Below the pieces are notes generated by a model, which saw nothing but the letters and a program-made list of their open reading frames with translations, did no database searches and was not told where the DNA came from. From Verrucomicrobia bacterium UBA1200 (lineage in GTDB: Bacteria > Verrucomicrobiota > Kiritimatiellia > RFP12 > UBA1067), in assembly GCA_002309765.1 (NCBI GenBank), contig DBXY01000064.1:67528-131527 (forward strand): a stretch of 64,000 bases of DNA, given 5' to 3'. Position numbers and translations under genes: made by a program. Positions 18,225 to 28,211 of this stretch are shown piece after piece (the first letter of the stretch is position 1; the number at the start of each line of letters is the position of its first letter).

Positions 18225-19601
18225 ATGAAAGGACACTCGTTGTTTGTCACTTCTGCCGACTTCTGGGCACAAGTTTTCGATTTTGCCCAAAAGTCGGGTG
18301 CGAAATTCCTGAAAGTTGAGGGATTGTCACCCAAGACCGCGAAATCTAATCGGGACCAACTGAACGGATTTTATTCGCAATTGCAACTGCAAAGCGGGAA
18401 AAGCTATGAAGTTGTCGATTGGCTTAAGGCGTTTAAAGACATTAATGATGAAATCACAGATGGCCAGCGTACCGTCGTGCTGCTAGACGAAATATCATGG
18501 ATGGGATTCTACGACCGTGGTTTTCCGGGGTTGCTGAAGATTGCGTGGGACAATTATTTTCATCGGCACCCAGATCTTATTCTTTTCCTGTGCGGCAGTG
18601 TCTCAAGCTGGATTCGGGAAAACATACTCGAAAACGGCGGTTTTTTAGGTCGACCGTCGGCAGATATCGTTCTTCGCGAACTCCCGGTTAAAGATTGTCT
18701 GGCATTCTGGGGCGGGGCGGCTAAAAGACTCTCCTCCCGCGAGTTTTTCGATATGCTTTCAGTCACCGGAGGCGTACCCAGATATCTCGAAGAAATCGAT
18801 CCCTCTTTGTCGGTTGACGAATCACTTCGACGCTCGTGTTTCTCTCCTAGCGGGTATCTTTTCCGCGACTTCGATTTGATGTTCGACGAACTTTACGACA
18901 GCGGTGCAGGAGAACGCAAGAATGTTCTCGAAACCCTTTCCGAAGGAGCGATGACAGTAAGCGAAATCGCGAAAAAACTGGGGCGAAGCCGTAACGGACA
19001 TCTTGCTGAGATTCTTAAAGACCTCTCTCAAGGCGGCTTTGTGGCGGCAGAAAGGGGAATAAATCCGAAAACCGGCGAACTGCGGCAAGAGATAAGGTAT
19101 CGAATATGCGACAATTATGTCCGTTTTTACCTGCGGACAATTTTACCAAGACGCGACATGATAGAAAACGGCGCTTACCGTTTCGAATCGTTGGAACAAC
19201 TTCCCGGCTGGAATTCCATTCTCGGACTCCAGTTCGAAAACATGGTATTGGGGGCACTACCCGCGCTAGTACGTAAACTGCACCTAGAAAAAACGCACAT
19301 TGTGTCGATGTCGCCGTTCAGGAGATTTCCGCATGACCATGTGCGTGGATGTCAAATCGACTGCCTCATCCAAACCAAACGTTCACTTTACGTGGTGGAA
19401 ATCAAGCGGCGGATGGAAATCGGAATGGAGGTGGTGGCGGAGGTTGAACGTAAAATTGAAGCCCTACCGCACGATGAACGGCTTTCAGTAAGACCTGTTC
19501 TTGTCTATGACGGACGCCTCTCGCCGCTGGTAACGGACGAAAACTATTTTGCATCCATCATCTCCGCCAATGAACTTTTCGACCTAAGCAACAACGATTA
19601 G
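18225..19601 (+). CDS. Arch-ATPase/DUF234-family protein lacking the Walker A region (likely 5'-truncated remnant)
   Basis: Walker-B-like VVLLDEISWM, then LSVTGGVPRYLEEI, a winged-helix-like middle region and a DUF234-type C-terminus (CQIDCLIQTKRSLYVVEIKRR). No GxxxxGK[ST] occurs anywhere in the ORF. No convincing SD is present. Confidence 0.6.
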   Translation: MKGHSLFVTSADFWAQVFDFAQKSGAKFLKVEGLSPKTAKSNRDQLNGFYSQLQLQSGKSYEVVDWLKAFKDINDEITDGQRTVVLLDEISWMGFYDRGFPGLLKIAWDNYFHRHPDLILFLCGSVSSWIRENILENGGFLGRPSADIVLRELPVKDCLAFWGGAAKRLSSREFFDMLSVTGGVPRYLEEIDPSLSVDESLRRSCFSPSGYLFRDFDLMFDELYDSGAGERKNVLETLSEGAMTVSEIAKKLGRSRNGHLAEILKDLSQGGFVAAERGINPKTGELRQEIRYRICDNYVRFYLRTILPRRDMIENGAYRFESLEQLPGWNSILGLQFENMVLGALPALVRKLHLEKTHIVSMSPFRRFPHDHVRGCQIDCLIQTKRSLYVVEIKRRMEIGMEVVAEVERKIEALPHDERLSVRPVLVYDGRLSPLVTDENYFASIISANELFDLSNND

Positions 19602-19622
19602 GCCAGAAAATTTCCGCCATCG

Positions 19623-21104
19623 TTAGCGGAACTCGATTTGTCCCAGTTTGTAACGGCGCTTGCCGTCGCCATTGGGCAACGGCAGCTCGTAAACCGGGGT
19701 ACCGTCGCGGCGGCCAACCGACACGTAAACATCGAAAACCCCGGTGGGGCAATACGGAGCCGCCCAACCTTCGGGAAAAGCGGGATTGCCTTTGCCTAAA
19801 ATGCACTCGAAACCGTGTTCTTTGGCCACGGCCTGTCCGGGCGGCGCCACCGCCAGCTGACGCAAATTAAACCCCTCGTCCGACAACACCGCCAAAATCC
19901 CGCCCTCCGCGTTTTTCACGGTCAACGCCGGAAACGCATCGGCATAACACGGCGCGACCCCCGCGTTGGCCCACGACCATTTGACCGCAAACGGTACGGC
20001 GGTTTGTTTCGGTTTGCCGACCGTGATTACTTTCGGATAACGCAGCTCGCGCAACTGGAAACGATAACCAAGACGAGTGTTGATTTTGGCGATGGTTTCG
20101 CGGTTTTCTTCCAAAAGCACTTTGGGATCCCAGTGGATGGACATATAGCTGGCATGGTAATCCTCAACCGATTTAATCAGCAGTTCCGGCACCCATGCGC
20201 CGCGGTTTTTTGACGGGACATAGTGCTCGTGCTCAAGTATCACCGGCATGGTGCGCCAATACCGTTCCGCCTGATCGGCGTGGAACCATGACTTAGGCGG
20301 GGCCTGCACCAAAATACTGTCGTCGCGCAAAGAAACCCCGCGGGAACGGGCGTAGTCAAGCAACGGATAATTGCCGCTGCGGTTTTCCGGCCCGGAAACA
20401 TCGTCGCTTATGCACAGCTGCGTATGCGGAAAATACTTCACATGAAGATCGATATGGCGCTTGACGTCAATATCCATCTTCTTCTGCGGGACGCGGCTGG
20501 TGACATGGGTGTGTCCCTCGCCCCACAGACCGTAGGTACCGATATCAATGAACGCCACCTCCGGACGACCGTCATATCTAGCGGAAAACGCCCGGAGAAA
20601 ATTCTCCAGCTTTTCCAAAAACACCGGATCCACAAAATCCGGATCCCAATTGTCGCCCTTTACATCCGGCCCGTACTCCGGTTTGCCCCAAGACCAGAAA
20701 ACTCCCTTCGCACCGGCTTTTTTGACCCATTCCGGGGTGGCGTAGCGCATCCAACTCTCGGAACAGGTGATGCGGAACGCCACCTGCCCGCCGCGCTCAA
20801 TCCAACGCTGCGCCGGGGTGTCCAGCACCGACCAGTTGAACTTGCCCTCTTCCGGCTCCAAGAACGCCCACGGGATGCGCAAGTAAACCACGGAACACCC
20901 CGGAAACCACTCCGCAGAGTCGCCGGGCTTCAAATGCGATCCGTAATTTTTCGGGATATTGGAATAGTAATGCATGGTCCACCCCATACCGGGGTTTATC
21001 AACGCCCGACCGTCATCCGTCGGCCGCACCACCACAGTATCCTGCCCCAACGCTAACGCCGCCGCAAAGGCGGCAGCCGCCATACCGAAAAACATTTTAC
21101 GCAT
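19623..21104 (-). CDS. Secreted TIM-barrel glycoside-hydrolase-like protein (DUF4832/DUF4874-like)
   Basis: 493 aa. Signal peptide MRKMFFGMAAAAFAAALALG. NPGMGW and YLRIPWAFLEPEEGKFNW motifs. GGAGGAG SD. The family assignment is from memory. Confidence 0.5.
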   Translation of the reverse strand: MRKMFFGMAAAAFAAALALGQDTVVVRPTDDGRALINPGMGWTMHYYSNIPKNYGSHLKPGDSAEWFPGCSVVYLRIPWAFLEPEEGKFNWSVLDTPAQRWIERGGQVAFRITCSESWMRYATPEWVKKAGAKGVFWSWGKPEYGPDVKGDNWDPDFVDPVFLEKLENFLRAFSARYDGRPEVAFIDIGTYGLWGEGHTHVTSRVPQKKMDIDVKRHIDLHVKYFPHTQLCISDDVSGPENRSGNYPLLDYARSRGVSLRDDSILVQAPPKSWFHADQAERYWRTMPVILEHEHYVPSKNRGAWVPELLIKSVEDYHASYMSIHWDPKVLLEENRETIAKINTRLGYRFQLRELRYPKVITVGKPKQTAVPFAVKWSWANAGVAPCYADAFPALTVKNAEGGILAVLSDEGFNLRQLAVAPPGQAVAKEHGFECILGKGNPAFPEGWAAPYCPTGVFDVYVSVGRRDGTPVYELPLPNGDGKRRYKLGQIEFR

Positions 21105-21131
21105 TTCAAAGCTCCTCCGCGCACCAGCTCG

Positions 21132-22376
21132 TCATTGTTTCGGAACCCGCAACCCCACCGCCTCCAGATATTTACCATCCACACGGCAGTTTTTGAACTG
21201 GCAGTTTTCCGCATATTTGCGCAGGGCTTGAGCGGCTTTTTTCATATCTGGGCGGTTTTTCTGGATTTCGGCGTAACTGCTACGGTTCGCGGCGGCAAAG
21301 TTTTTAACCAAATCCCAGTCTTCGGGATAGTCAAACGCCAGCCAACCGCCGTTTTTGGGCATTTTCACCGGCCAATAGGTGTAACCGATATCGTTGGCGA
21401 CCATCGTTTCGGTGAAGGTTTTATACCACTCGTAGTTGTTGTGGCCGGTTTCGCCCATAAACATCGGCAGACCGGTTTTGTCGCGGAAAGCGACAAAATC
21501 GGAGATATGCTTCGGGTCGGTCCAATAGCGGTGGCAGGTGTACATCATGTTAGAATCGAATTTCCAATCCTTAAACGGCGCGAAATTCGAGTTCCACTGC
21601 GCCCCCGCCAATATCACAATGTGTTTGGTATCCACGGTACGGATGACGGCAACCGCCGCCTTTTGGACCGACTCTAGTTTGGTGTTGAGCCAATCTTTGT
21701 CATTGAGACGGCTGGAAATCGGCTCGTTCATTAGGTCGTAACCGAGTATAACCGGATTCGCGGCGTAATGTTCGGCGATGCGCCGCCAGATTTCGCAGTA
21801 GATCCGCTGTTCGCGCTCGCTGGTGAAGAGCCAAGGGTAACCGTAGCTGTCGTCGATATTATCGCCGGTCTGGCCACCGGGGCAGTCGTGCATATCCAGC
21901 ACCACGCGAAGGTTGTGCTTGCCGCACCACGCTACCACCGGGTCGATCAGCTCGAAACCGTCGTTGGCGGAGTACCCGCCAAGGTATTCCTCGCGGGTGA
22001 ACAGCTTATAATGGAAAGGAATGCGCACCGTGTTGGAACCGGTGGCGGCGATAAAACGGATATCATCCTCGGTCACATAGTTGGCTTTGAACGCCCGCCA
22101 GAAATTGTCGGTCTCCTCCGGACCGACCAGCTGGCGCAGGGCCTCGTCGATGAAATGGGCGGAGTTCACCTCCTTAAAACCGAACATATAGCCTTCGGGG
22201 TTCAGCCAGTTCCCAAGATTGGTGCCGCGTATGAAAAACTTCTCTCCGGCGGAATTGACGATTATTTTACCGTTAACCCGCAGAAAATCGTTTTTCTCAA
22301 CTTCGGCGAAGGCGGACGCCGCAACGTAAACCGCCAACGCAGCGCACAGGAACCGCTCAACATTAAGTCTGATCAT
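21132..22376 (-). CDS. Glycoside hydrolase family 5
   Basis: NLGNWLNPEGYMF, the acid/base motif MNEP and the nucleophile region FMGETGH. ATG 22376 is preceded by AAGGAG and gives a signal peptide (MIRLNVERFLCAALAVYVAASAFA). The longer track ORF would overlap uxaA. Confidence 0.8.
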   Translation of the reverse strand: MIRLNVERFLCAALAVYVAASAFAEVEKNDFLRVNGKIIVNSAGEKFFIRGTNLGNWLNPEGYMFGFKEVNSAHFIDEALRQLVGPEETDNFWRAFKANYVTEDDIRFIAATGSNTVRIPFHYKLFTREEYLGGYSANDGFELIDPVVAWCGKHNLRVVLDMHDCPGGQTGDNIDDSYGYPWLFTSEREQRIYCEIWRRIAEHYAANPVILGYDLMNEPISSRLNDKDWLNTKLESVQKAAVAVIRTVDTKHIVILAGAQWNSNFAPFKDWKFDSNMMYTCHRYWTDPKHISDFVAFRDKTGLPMFMGETGHNNYEWYKTFTETMVANDIGYTYWPVKMPKNGGWLAFDYPEDWDLVKNFAAANRSSYAEIQKNRPDMKKAAQALRKYAENCQFKNCRVDGKYLEAVGLRVPKQ

Positions 22377-22407
22377 AATTTTTCTCCTTGTTGATAAAAG
22401 CACGGGG

Positions 22408-23862
22408 TCACAAAGTAACCCCGTCTTTGAAAATTGCAATGCCCCGGGCGCCGGTTCGTTCGGCGCAGGTACGCTCACCGGAAGCCACCCGCAGGACATA
22501 CGCGAAAAGCCGATGGCTAACCTCGTCAAGCGTCTCTGTACCGTCCGCGATGGTTCCGGCGTTAAAATCGATCCAGTTGCGCTTCTTTTCAAAAAGCGGC
22601 GTGTTTGAGGAAATCTTCAAAGTCGGCGCGGGCGCACCGAACGGAGTACCGCGGCCAGTAGTGAAAAGTATCAGCTGCGCACCCGCCGCCGTGAGTGCCG
22701 TCGCGGACACTAAATCGTTGCCGGGACCGGACATCAGATTCAGCCCCGGTGCGATAACCGGGTCGGCGTAACCGATCGCATCCACGACTTGGGCGCGACC
22801 GCCTTTCTGCACGCAACCGCAACTTTTGTCCTCAAGCGTGGTTATCCCGCCCGCTTTGTTGCCGGGGCTGGGGTTCTCGTACACGGTTTCGCCGTGCGAT
22901 GTGAAGTAACGTTTGAAATCCGACAGCACTTTTACCGCCCGATCGAACACCTCACGCGAGGCGGCGCGGTTTAACAACATCGCTTCCGCGCCGAACATCT
23001 CCGGCACCTCGGTAAGCACGGTAGAGCCACCGGCGGCGATAAGCAAGTCGCTGAAACGCCCCACCGCCGGATTCGCGGTAATCCCGGAAAGCCCGTCCGA
23101 CCCGCCGCACTTCATACCCACAATCAGCTTAGAAACCGGCAGCGACACTCGCCGGTCATCCTTCATCGCGCCGGCAAGCTCGCGGATAAGCTTTGAGCCT
23201 TCCGCTAATTCGTCATCAACATCCTGGCAAACCAAAAACTTGACGCGGTTTCCATCCACCGGCCCCAATGCCTTGCGAAACTCCTCGGCAGTAAGGTTTT
23301 CGCAGCCAAGCGAAAGAACCAGCACGCCGCCAGCGTTCGGATGACGGCACAAAGCCGCCAGAAGCTTTCGGGTGCGGGCATGATCCGCACCGGTTTGCGA
23401 ACAGCCGTAGGGGTGGGTAAAGGTATAAATCCCTTCGACCGCCCCGCCGACTAACGCTTGGCTTTTGGCGGCAAGCTTAGTGGCAATGGAGTTGACGCAT
23501 CCCACCGTCGGAATAATCCAGATTTCGTTTCTAACCCCAGCTCTGCCATTACTGCGTAGATAACCGTTGAACTCGGACGGGTTGACTGCGTTTTTTAACC
23601 GACTTGAATCGCAAGCCGCCGCAGGTAACGAATCATACCGATACTCGGCGGTTTCGTCCAACGCGGTTCTGACGTTATGGATATGGACCCACTCCCCTGC
23701 CTTTATGTCCTTAGTCGCAACACCAACCGGGAAACCGTATTTAACGATATTCTCTCCTGCTTTTATGTCGCGAAGCGCCAACTTATGCCCGGCGGGAATG
23801 TCCCCGCACGGCTTAAGCAAAACCTCAACATTATCAAGTGGATGAATCTGAATCGCATTCAT
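22408..23862 (-). CDS. uxaA: Altronate dehydratase (UxaA-family hydrolyase)
   Basis: 484 aa. N-terminal SAF-like domain (IHPLDNVEVLL...AGHKLALRDIKAGENIVKYG). The central VLSLGCENL and the C-terminal catalytic domain match the family pattern. Confidence 0.85.
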   Translation of the reverse strand: MNAIQIHPLDNVEVLLKPCGDIPAGHKLALRDIKAGENIVKYGFPVGVATKDIKAGEWVHIHNVRTALDETAEYRYDSLPAAACDSSRLKNAVNPSEFNGYLRSNGRAGVRNEIWIIPTVGCVNSIATKLAAKSQALVGGAVEGIYTFTHPYGCSQTGADHARTRKLLAALCRHPNAGGVLVLSLGCENLTAEEFRKALGPVDGNRVKFLVCQDVDDELAEGSKLIRELAGAMKDDRRVSLPVSKLIVGMKCGGSDGLSGITANPAVGRFSDLLIAAGGSTVLTEVPEMFGAEAMLLNRAASREVFDRAVKVLSDFKRYFTSHGETVYENPSPGNKAGGITTLEDKSCGCVQKGGRAQVVDAIGYADPVIAPGLNLMSGPGNDLVSATALTAAGAQLILFTTGRGTPFGAPAPTLKISSNTPLFEKKRNWIDFNAGTIADGTETLDEVSHRLFAYVLRVASGERTCAERTGARGIAIFKDGVTL

Positions 23863-23881
23863 GGCTTAAAGATGTATTTGT

Positions 23882-23910
23882 ATTATTTCACAGATTCATG
23901 ATCGTGTCAA
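23882..23910 (-). promoter_or_regulatory. Candidate sigma-70 promoter for uxaA
   Basis: On the minus strand: TTGACA (23910-23905), 17-nt spacer, AATAAT (23887-23882). Confidence 0.4.
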
Positions 23911-23963
23911 AGCGAAAACGCCAATGGCGCATATTGAATGACGTAATGATTGGGAAAAATCTG

Positions 23964-24941
23964 TCAAGGGCATCGTCGGATACGATAGAGTAACGGAAAG
24001 AGGTGGAAAAGAATTAAGAGGAAAATGATTTTCTGGGCAAAAGACACACGGCGGCAGAAAAGAAGCCTACGATTGATTTCTGGATAGGTATTCATATATA
24101 GGGATCGGTACTTGGCCATGTGAAGGAGCGGGAAGAGGATGCTTCTCACATTAATTTTCCAGTTAATTAGATCCTCCTCATCGGCCAACTCGTTTTCGAT
24201 AACGAAATCATGCATCAGCGCAAAATTTGCCGTCCGTTCGCCAAACGCCTTCAGACGCCATGCCTCATCATCCATTCTCCTTCTGCTAATCGAATCCGGA
24301 TTGAAACGGTAGTGGTAAAGCGGTTTATGAACCATATTCACAACACGGCTGTAGGCGAGCGTCTGAACCGTCTGCCCCCAATCCTCCAAATAATTTTCCC
24401 GAGGAAAACGAATCTTACGGTAGATGGAGGTTCGAGTAAGTCTGCACCAAACGGTGGTATCAAGTTTTCCCCGCAGCAAATCCCGGATCCGGTCGCCGTC
24501 TGGCGAAAGAGTCTGGCGCCACCAATACGGCTCCCCAGCTTTTTTCTCAACAAATGTTTCGCAGATGACCATGTCCGCATCGTTGGTTTTTGCGCTCTCA
24601 TACAATACCGCATACATATCCCGCTCGACCCAGTCATCGCCATCACAATGGGCCACATATTCGCCAACCGCATGACGTAACCCCTCTTCACGGGTAGCGG
24701 GAAGGCCCAGATTTCCTTTATGGCGAATGATTAAGGTTTGCTCTTTGCGTTCAGGAAAGCGGCTCAAAACTTTTTCAAGCAATTCGCAACTGTTATCCGA
24801 CGATCCGTCATCGATAAAAACGAACTGCATTTCTTGCAACGTTTGCCCAAACAGACTCTCGGCGCATTTTTCAATATAGGGTGCGACTTGGTAAATTGGA
24901 ATAATTACACTTACTTTAACCATCGGTTTTTGTCGCGTCAT
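23964..24941 (-). CDS. Family-2 glycosyltransferase
   Basis: VSVIIPIYQVAPYIEKCAESLFGQTLQEMQFVFIDDGSSDNS plus a DGDD (DxD) motif. The start is uncertain, with ATG 24941 or 24923 possible. Confidence 0.85.
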   Translation of the reverse strand: MTRQKPMVKVSVIIPIYQVAPYIEKCAESLFGQTLQEMQFVFIDDGSSDNSCELLEKVLSRFPERKEQTLIIRHKGNLGLPATREEGLRHAVGEYVAHCDGDDWVERDMYAVLYESAKTNDADMVICETFVEKKAGEPYWWRQTLSPDGDRIRDLLRGKLDTTVWCRLTRTSIYRKIRFPRENYLEDWGQTVQTLAYSRVVNMVHKPLYHYRFNPDSISRRRMDDEAWRLKAFGERTANFALMHDFVIENELADEEDLINWKINVRSILFPLLHMAKYRSLYMNTYPEINRRLLFCRRVSFAQKIIFLLILFHLFPLLYRIRRCP

Positions 24942-25025
24942 TTCAACGTGAGCAACGGCGCGGCGAATACCGCACCGTTGCTCATCAAAAAAACGAAAAT
25001 TTCGGATTAAACGTATCTGTGGTCG

Positions 25026-26408
25026 TTAAAACTCCCAACCCGGACGGATAAACGGCTTGATCAGCTTATTCGCCGCGTCATTGTCGGTAATGCACTTTTT
25101 AGCGTCCCATGAGATTTTGCCAGGCACGCGCTGCGCGAGACAGCCGACCTGCATCGCCTCCACCAACGGGATGGAGTTGTCGATATCGGAAAAAGCCTTC
25201 GTCTCGCCGAAACAGGCAGCCACGAACTCGTCATAGTGCTTGCTGTGCACGCGCGGAAGGGTGACGGGGATGTCTTTACAGGCGGGATGCTGGTCCTGCC
25301 CTTTCAGCTTATCCTCGCCTTTCAGCGCAAGGTAACTCTGCTCGCCGTAGTCGTTCGTGCTGCAAAGGATGCCGTTGTCTCCGATTACCGCGCATCCGGT
25401 CGTTGGAATTTTACCCATCGTGTTAACCACCTGCGGCATAATCTCCGCCACCGGCTTGCGGTAGCCGTCATACCAGTAGATATCAACATTCGGTTTCTTG
25501 CCGCCCGCCGCCTCGCAGGTAATCCGCACCTTGCTCCAAAGCGGATAAGTCTCTGGATAAGGCGGCGTGATCTCCACCGCCTCACCGGAAATCACCCGGC
25601 CCAGCTCCAACCCGCGGAATGGAAGATTCATCGTGTGGCAGGCCATGTCGCCGAACGCGCCCGTGCCAAAGTCGAACCACGCGCGCCATTCAATCGGCTC
25701 GTAAACGGATTTTTTGTAGGGACGGTAAGGAGCGGTACCCAGCCAGCAATCCCAGTCCAGATTCGGCGGCACCGGATCTTCCGTTTCGGGACGGAACAGC
25801 GGTTGGTGCCAACCCCATTTGCAACCCGGCTCGATTTCCGGACGGTTTGTCCACACGTGCACCTCGCGAACCTTCCCCAAAATTCCGGAACGCAGGATTT
25901 CCACGCCGCGCCGCATTCCGTCGGTCGATGAACCTTGGTTGCCCATTTGCGTGACAACCCCTTTTTCCAACGCCGTCTTCTTGAAGTACTCGGCCTCCCA
26001 AAGCGTGCGCACGAGCGGCTTTTGGACATAGACATTCGCGCCGCGCTTCATCGCCTCGATTGCCGCACGCGCATGGGTGTGGTCCGGCGTGGAAACGGTT
26101 ACAATATCCAGTCCTTTCACCTCGTCGAACATCTTGCGGTAGTCGGTGTAGAACTTTGCGTCCTTAACCTCCTTTTTAGCCTGATCGATTTTGTCGCGGT
26201 TGGTGTCGCACATGGCAACGATCCGGCAACGTTTGGTATCCAGCAGTCCGTGCCAATCGCTCCAACCTTTCCCGCCGATACCAATCACGCCCACATTCAT
26301 CAACTCGCCCGGCTTACGGTTGCTTCTCGCGAAACCGTTCACCGCCATCATTCCGGCGGCCGCCCCGACGTTACCCAAAAAAACCCTTCTCGAAACATTC
26401 CCCTTCAT
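25026..26408 (-). CDS. Gfo/Idh/MocA-family oxidoreductase with twin-arginine signal
   Basis: SRRVFLGNVGAAAGMMAV is a Tat-type signal. Rossmann motif VGVIGIGGKG. AAGGAG SD. Confidence 0.85.
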   Translation of the reverse strand: MKGNVSRRVFLGNVGAAAGMMAVNGFARSNRKPGELMNVGVIGIGGKGWSDWHGLLDTKRCRIVAMCDTNRDKIDQAKKEVKDAKFYTDYRKMFDEVKGLDIVTVSTPDHTHARAAIEAMKRGANVYVQKPLVRTLWEAEYFKKTALEKGVVTQMGNQGSSTDGMRRGVEILRSGILGKVREVHVWTNRPEIEPGCKWGWHQPLFRPETEDPVPPNLDWDCWLGTAPYRPYKKSVYEPIEWRAWFDFGTGAFGDMACHTMNLPFRGLELGRVISGEAVEITPPYPETYPLWSKVRITCEAAGGKKPNVDIYWYDGYRKPVAEIMPQVVNTMGKIPTTGCAVIGDNGILCSTNDYGEQSYLALKGEDKLKGQDQHPACKDIPVTLPRVHSKHYDEFVAACFGETKAFSDIDNSIPLVEAMQVGCLAQRVPGKISWDAKKCITDNDAANKLIKPFIRPGWEF

Positions 26409-26413
26409 TTCGT

Positions 26414-27229
26414 TTACTCCTTATTGTGCGCGTTGAACCAATCAACGCAAGCCTTAACATTCGCCTCGGTTTTCTCGTCCCATTGTTCGTACTCGACAAT
26501 GAGGTCGGGATAGACATTCGCCTTGCGCATTTCCTTCAGCAGGGTGTCTAGCTGCGACAAACCCTTTCCAAACGGAACCGGATGCGCGTTTTCATCGACA
26601 TCGACAAAATGCAACGAAAAGACTCGGCTCTTCAGCAATGTCCGAATCCCCTGCGCAGCGTCAATTTTTGCCAACCGCCAGTGCCCCACATCCGCGCCTG
26701 ATCCTACCCACTCGCTGCGCTTGTTGATTTCCGCCGCCGCGAATTCCGGATCGCACCAAGAGGTTGACCAATTTATCTGCGGTCCGTGGTTGTGGATCGC
26801 AATCCTGATTTTGAACTCCTGAGCCAGCTTGTCCAACAGCGGTAACACCTCGATCCGCGGCTCCACCAGCAACCGCGCAATTCCCAAATCGCGCGCGAAT
26901 TCGAACACTTCGCGCCACCCTTTCTCGTCGCTCGCTCCGATTACCCCGTAGCTGACCACCTTTACCCCGCAAGCGTCAAGATACGCTTTAACCGCAGGGC
27001 GAATCTCCCGCGGCATCTCCCACGGAGTAACCTTCCCCTTGAACGGACCGCCGATCTGCTGCACGTTAGTCAACTCGATTGCCCGGAAACCCAACCGCTT
27101 GGCCACCTCAATGGTCTCAACCATCGAGCGGTCTTTAAAGGTGTACGCCTGCAACGCCAACGTAAAAGATTCGGCGCGAAGCACCCCCGCCGCGCAAACG
27201 GCGGTCAACAATAATAACATTTTTTTCAT
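26414..27229 (-). CDS. Sugar phosphate isomerase/epimerase (xylose-isomerase-like TIM barrel), secreted
   Basis: Signal peptide MKKMLLLLTAVCAAGVLRA. AIELT and IAIHNH motifs of the AP-endonuclease-2/xylose-isomerase-like fold. It lies 5 bp downstream of the oxidoreductase, a common gene pair. Confidence 0.75.
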   Translation of the reverse strand: MKKMLLLLTAVCAAGVLRAESFTLALQAYTFKDRSMVETIEVAKRLGFRAIELTNVQQIGGPFKGKVTPWEMPREIRPAVKAYLDACGVKVVSYGVIGASDEKGWREVFEFARDLGIARLLVEPRIEVLPLLDKLAQEFKIRIAIHNHGPQINWSTSWCDPEFAAAEINKRSEWVGSGADVGHWRLAKIDAAQGIRTLLKSRVFSLHFVDVDENAHPVPFGKGLSQLDTLLKEMRKANVYPDLIVEYEQWDEKTEANVKACVDWFNAHNKE

Positions 27230-27284
27230 CGACAACTACTCCTGATTTGTATTGGCAAACTCCACATCGACGCAACGGGTCGAG

Positions 27285-28211
27285 TCAATCAATCCGATTT
27301 TCTCCAACCTCCGGCATGGGGAAACACAGTGCCGCCGCCCCCAGCAACGAGGCGTTGTAGCCTAGGCGGGACGGCAGAATCTCCACGGCAGAACATTGCG
27401 GAAGCACCTCCTGCGAAAATGCTTCCCGAATCCCGGGCAACAACAACGATAGCGAACGCGCAACACCGCCGCCGACATAAACAGCACTCGGGTTGACGGC
27501 GCAAGACACTGCGGCTAACGCCCGGCCGATGTACATTCCGGCGCGATGCCAAATGCGGCGTGCCGCGGCATTCCCGCTTAACGCTTCCGTCGCGCAGGCC
27601 GCCGCATCCTCACCGGTTCCCGCCATTCGGGATTCCCGGCCAATCGCGGTTCCGGAAGCATGCGCTTCCAAGCATCCCTTTCCGCCGCAACCACAGAGAG
27701 CGGGGACATCAAACTCAACTTTTACGTGGCCGATCTCTCCCGCGCAAGACGTAGCGCCGCGCAGCAACCTGCCGCCGGAAACCACCGCCCCGCCAATGCC
27801 CGTACTGACGGTCAACCAGATAAAATCGTCTCCAGCGTCGGCGAACCGCCGTTCAGCCAGTGCGCACGCGTTGACATCGTTTTCCAGCCGGATGTCGATT
27901 TCCGAATCCGGAAACAGCGGACGCAACAGCGGAAAAACGGAAAACTCGCCCCATCCGGCAGAAGGCGACCCCAACACCCGATCAGCGCCATCCGTCATCC
28001 CGGGAATACTGACGCCTACGCGGGAAAGCGATTCGAAAGGGAATCCGTGCGTCCGGCAAGATTCACGCAGCAGAGCGACCGAATCCGCAAAATAGCGCGA
28101 CTTATCGCCCGTCGGCAATGACGCGCAACAAGGCGCGTAAATCGTCCCTTTCTCATCCACCAGCGCGGCAAGGACTTTCGTACCGCCGCAATCTATCGCA
28201 CCAGCTAGCAT
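27285..28211 (-). CDS. ROK-family sugar kinase
   Basis: AIDCGGTKV ATP-binding N-terminus and the ROK zinc motif CGCGGKGCLE. ATG 28211 overlaps the upstream stop by 7 nt. The long track N-terminus (to 28331) lies inside the SIS gene. Confidence 0.8.
   Translation of the reverse strand: MLAGAIDCGGTKVLAALVDEKGTIYAPCCASLPTGDKSRYFADSVALLRESCRTHGFPFESLSRVGVSIPGMTDGADRVLGSPSAGWGEFSVFPLLRPLFPDSEIDIRLENDVNACALAERRFADAGDDFIWLTVSTGIGGAVVSGGRLLRGATSCAGEIGHVKVEFDVPALCGCGGKGCLEAHASGTAIGRESRMAGTGEDAAACATEALSGNAAARRIWHRAGMYIGRALAAVSCAVNPSAVYVGGGVARSLSLLLPGIREAFSQEVLPQCSAVEILPSRLGYNASLLGAAALCFPMPEVGENRID

Noticed and set aside
22377-22592. N-terminal extension of GH5 (similar extensions occur on the ROK gene to 28331, HAD gene from 7831, XRE gene to 32846 and protease gene from 50549)
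   Set aside because: The extensions overlap neighbouring genes or promoter elements and lack SDs. Internal ATGs with SDs give proper signal peptides or conserved N-termini.
24942-25025. Long bulged hairpin GAGCAACGG...CCGTTGCTC between the oxidoreductase and GT2 genes, considered as a terminator
   Set aside because: On the transcribed minus strand the T-run precedes rather than follows the stem, so it is not a canonical intrinsic terminator. Its function is undetermined.
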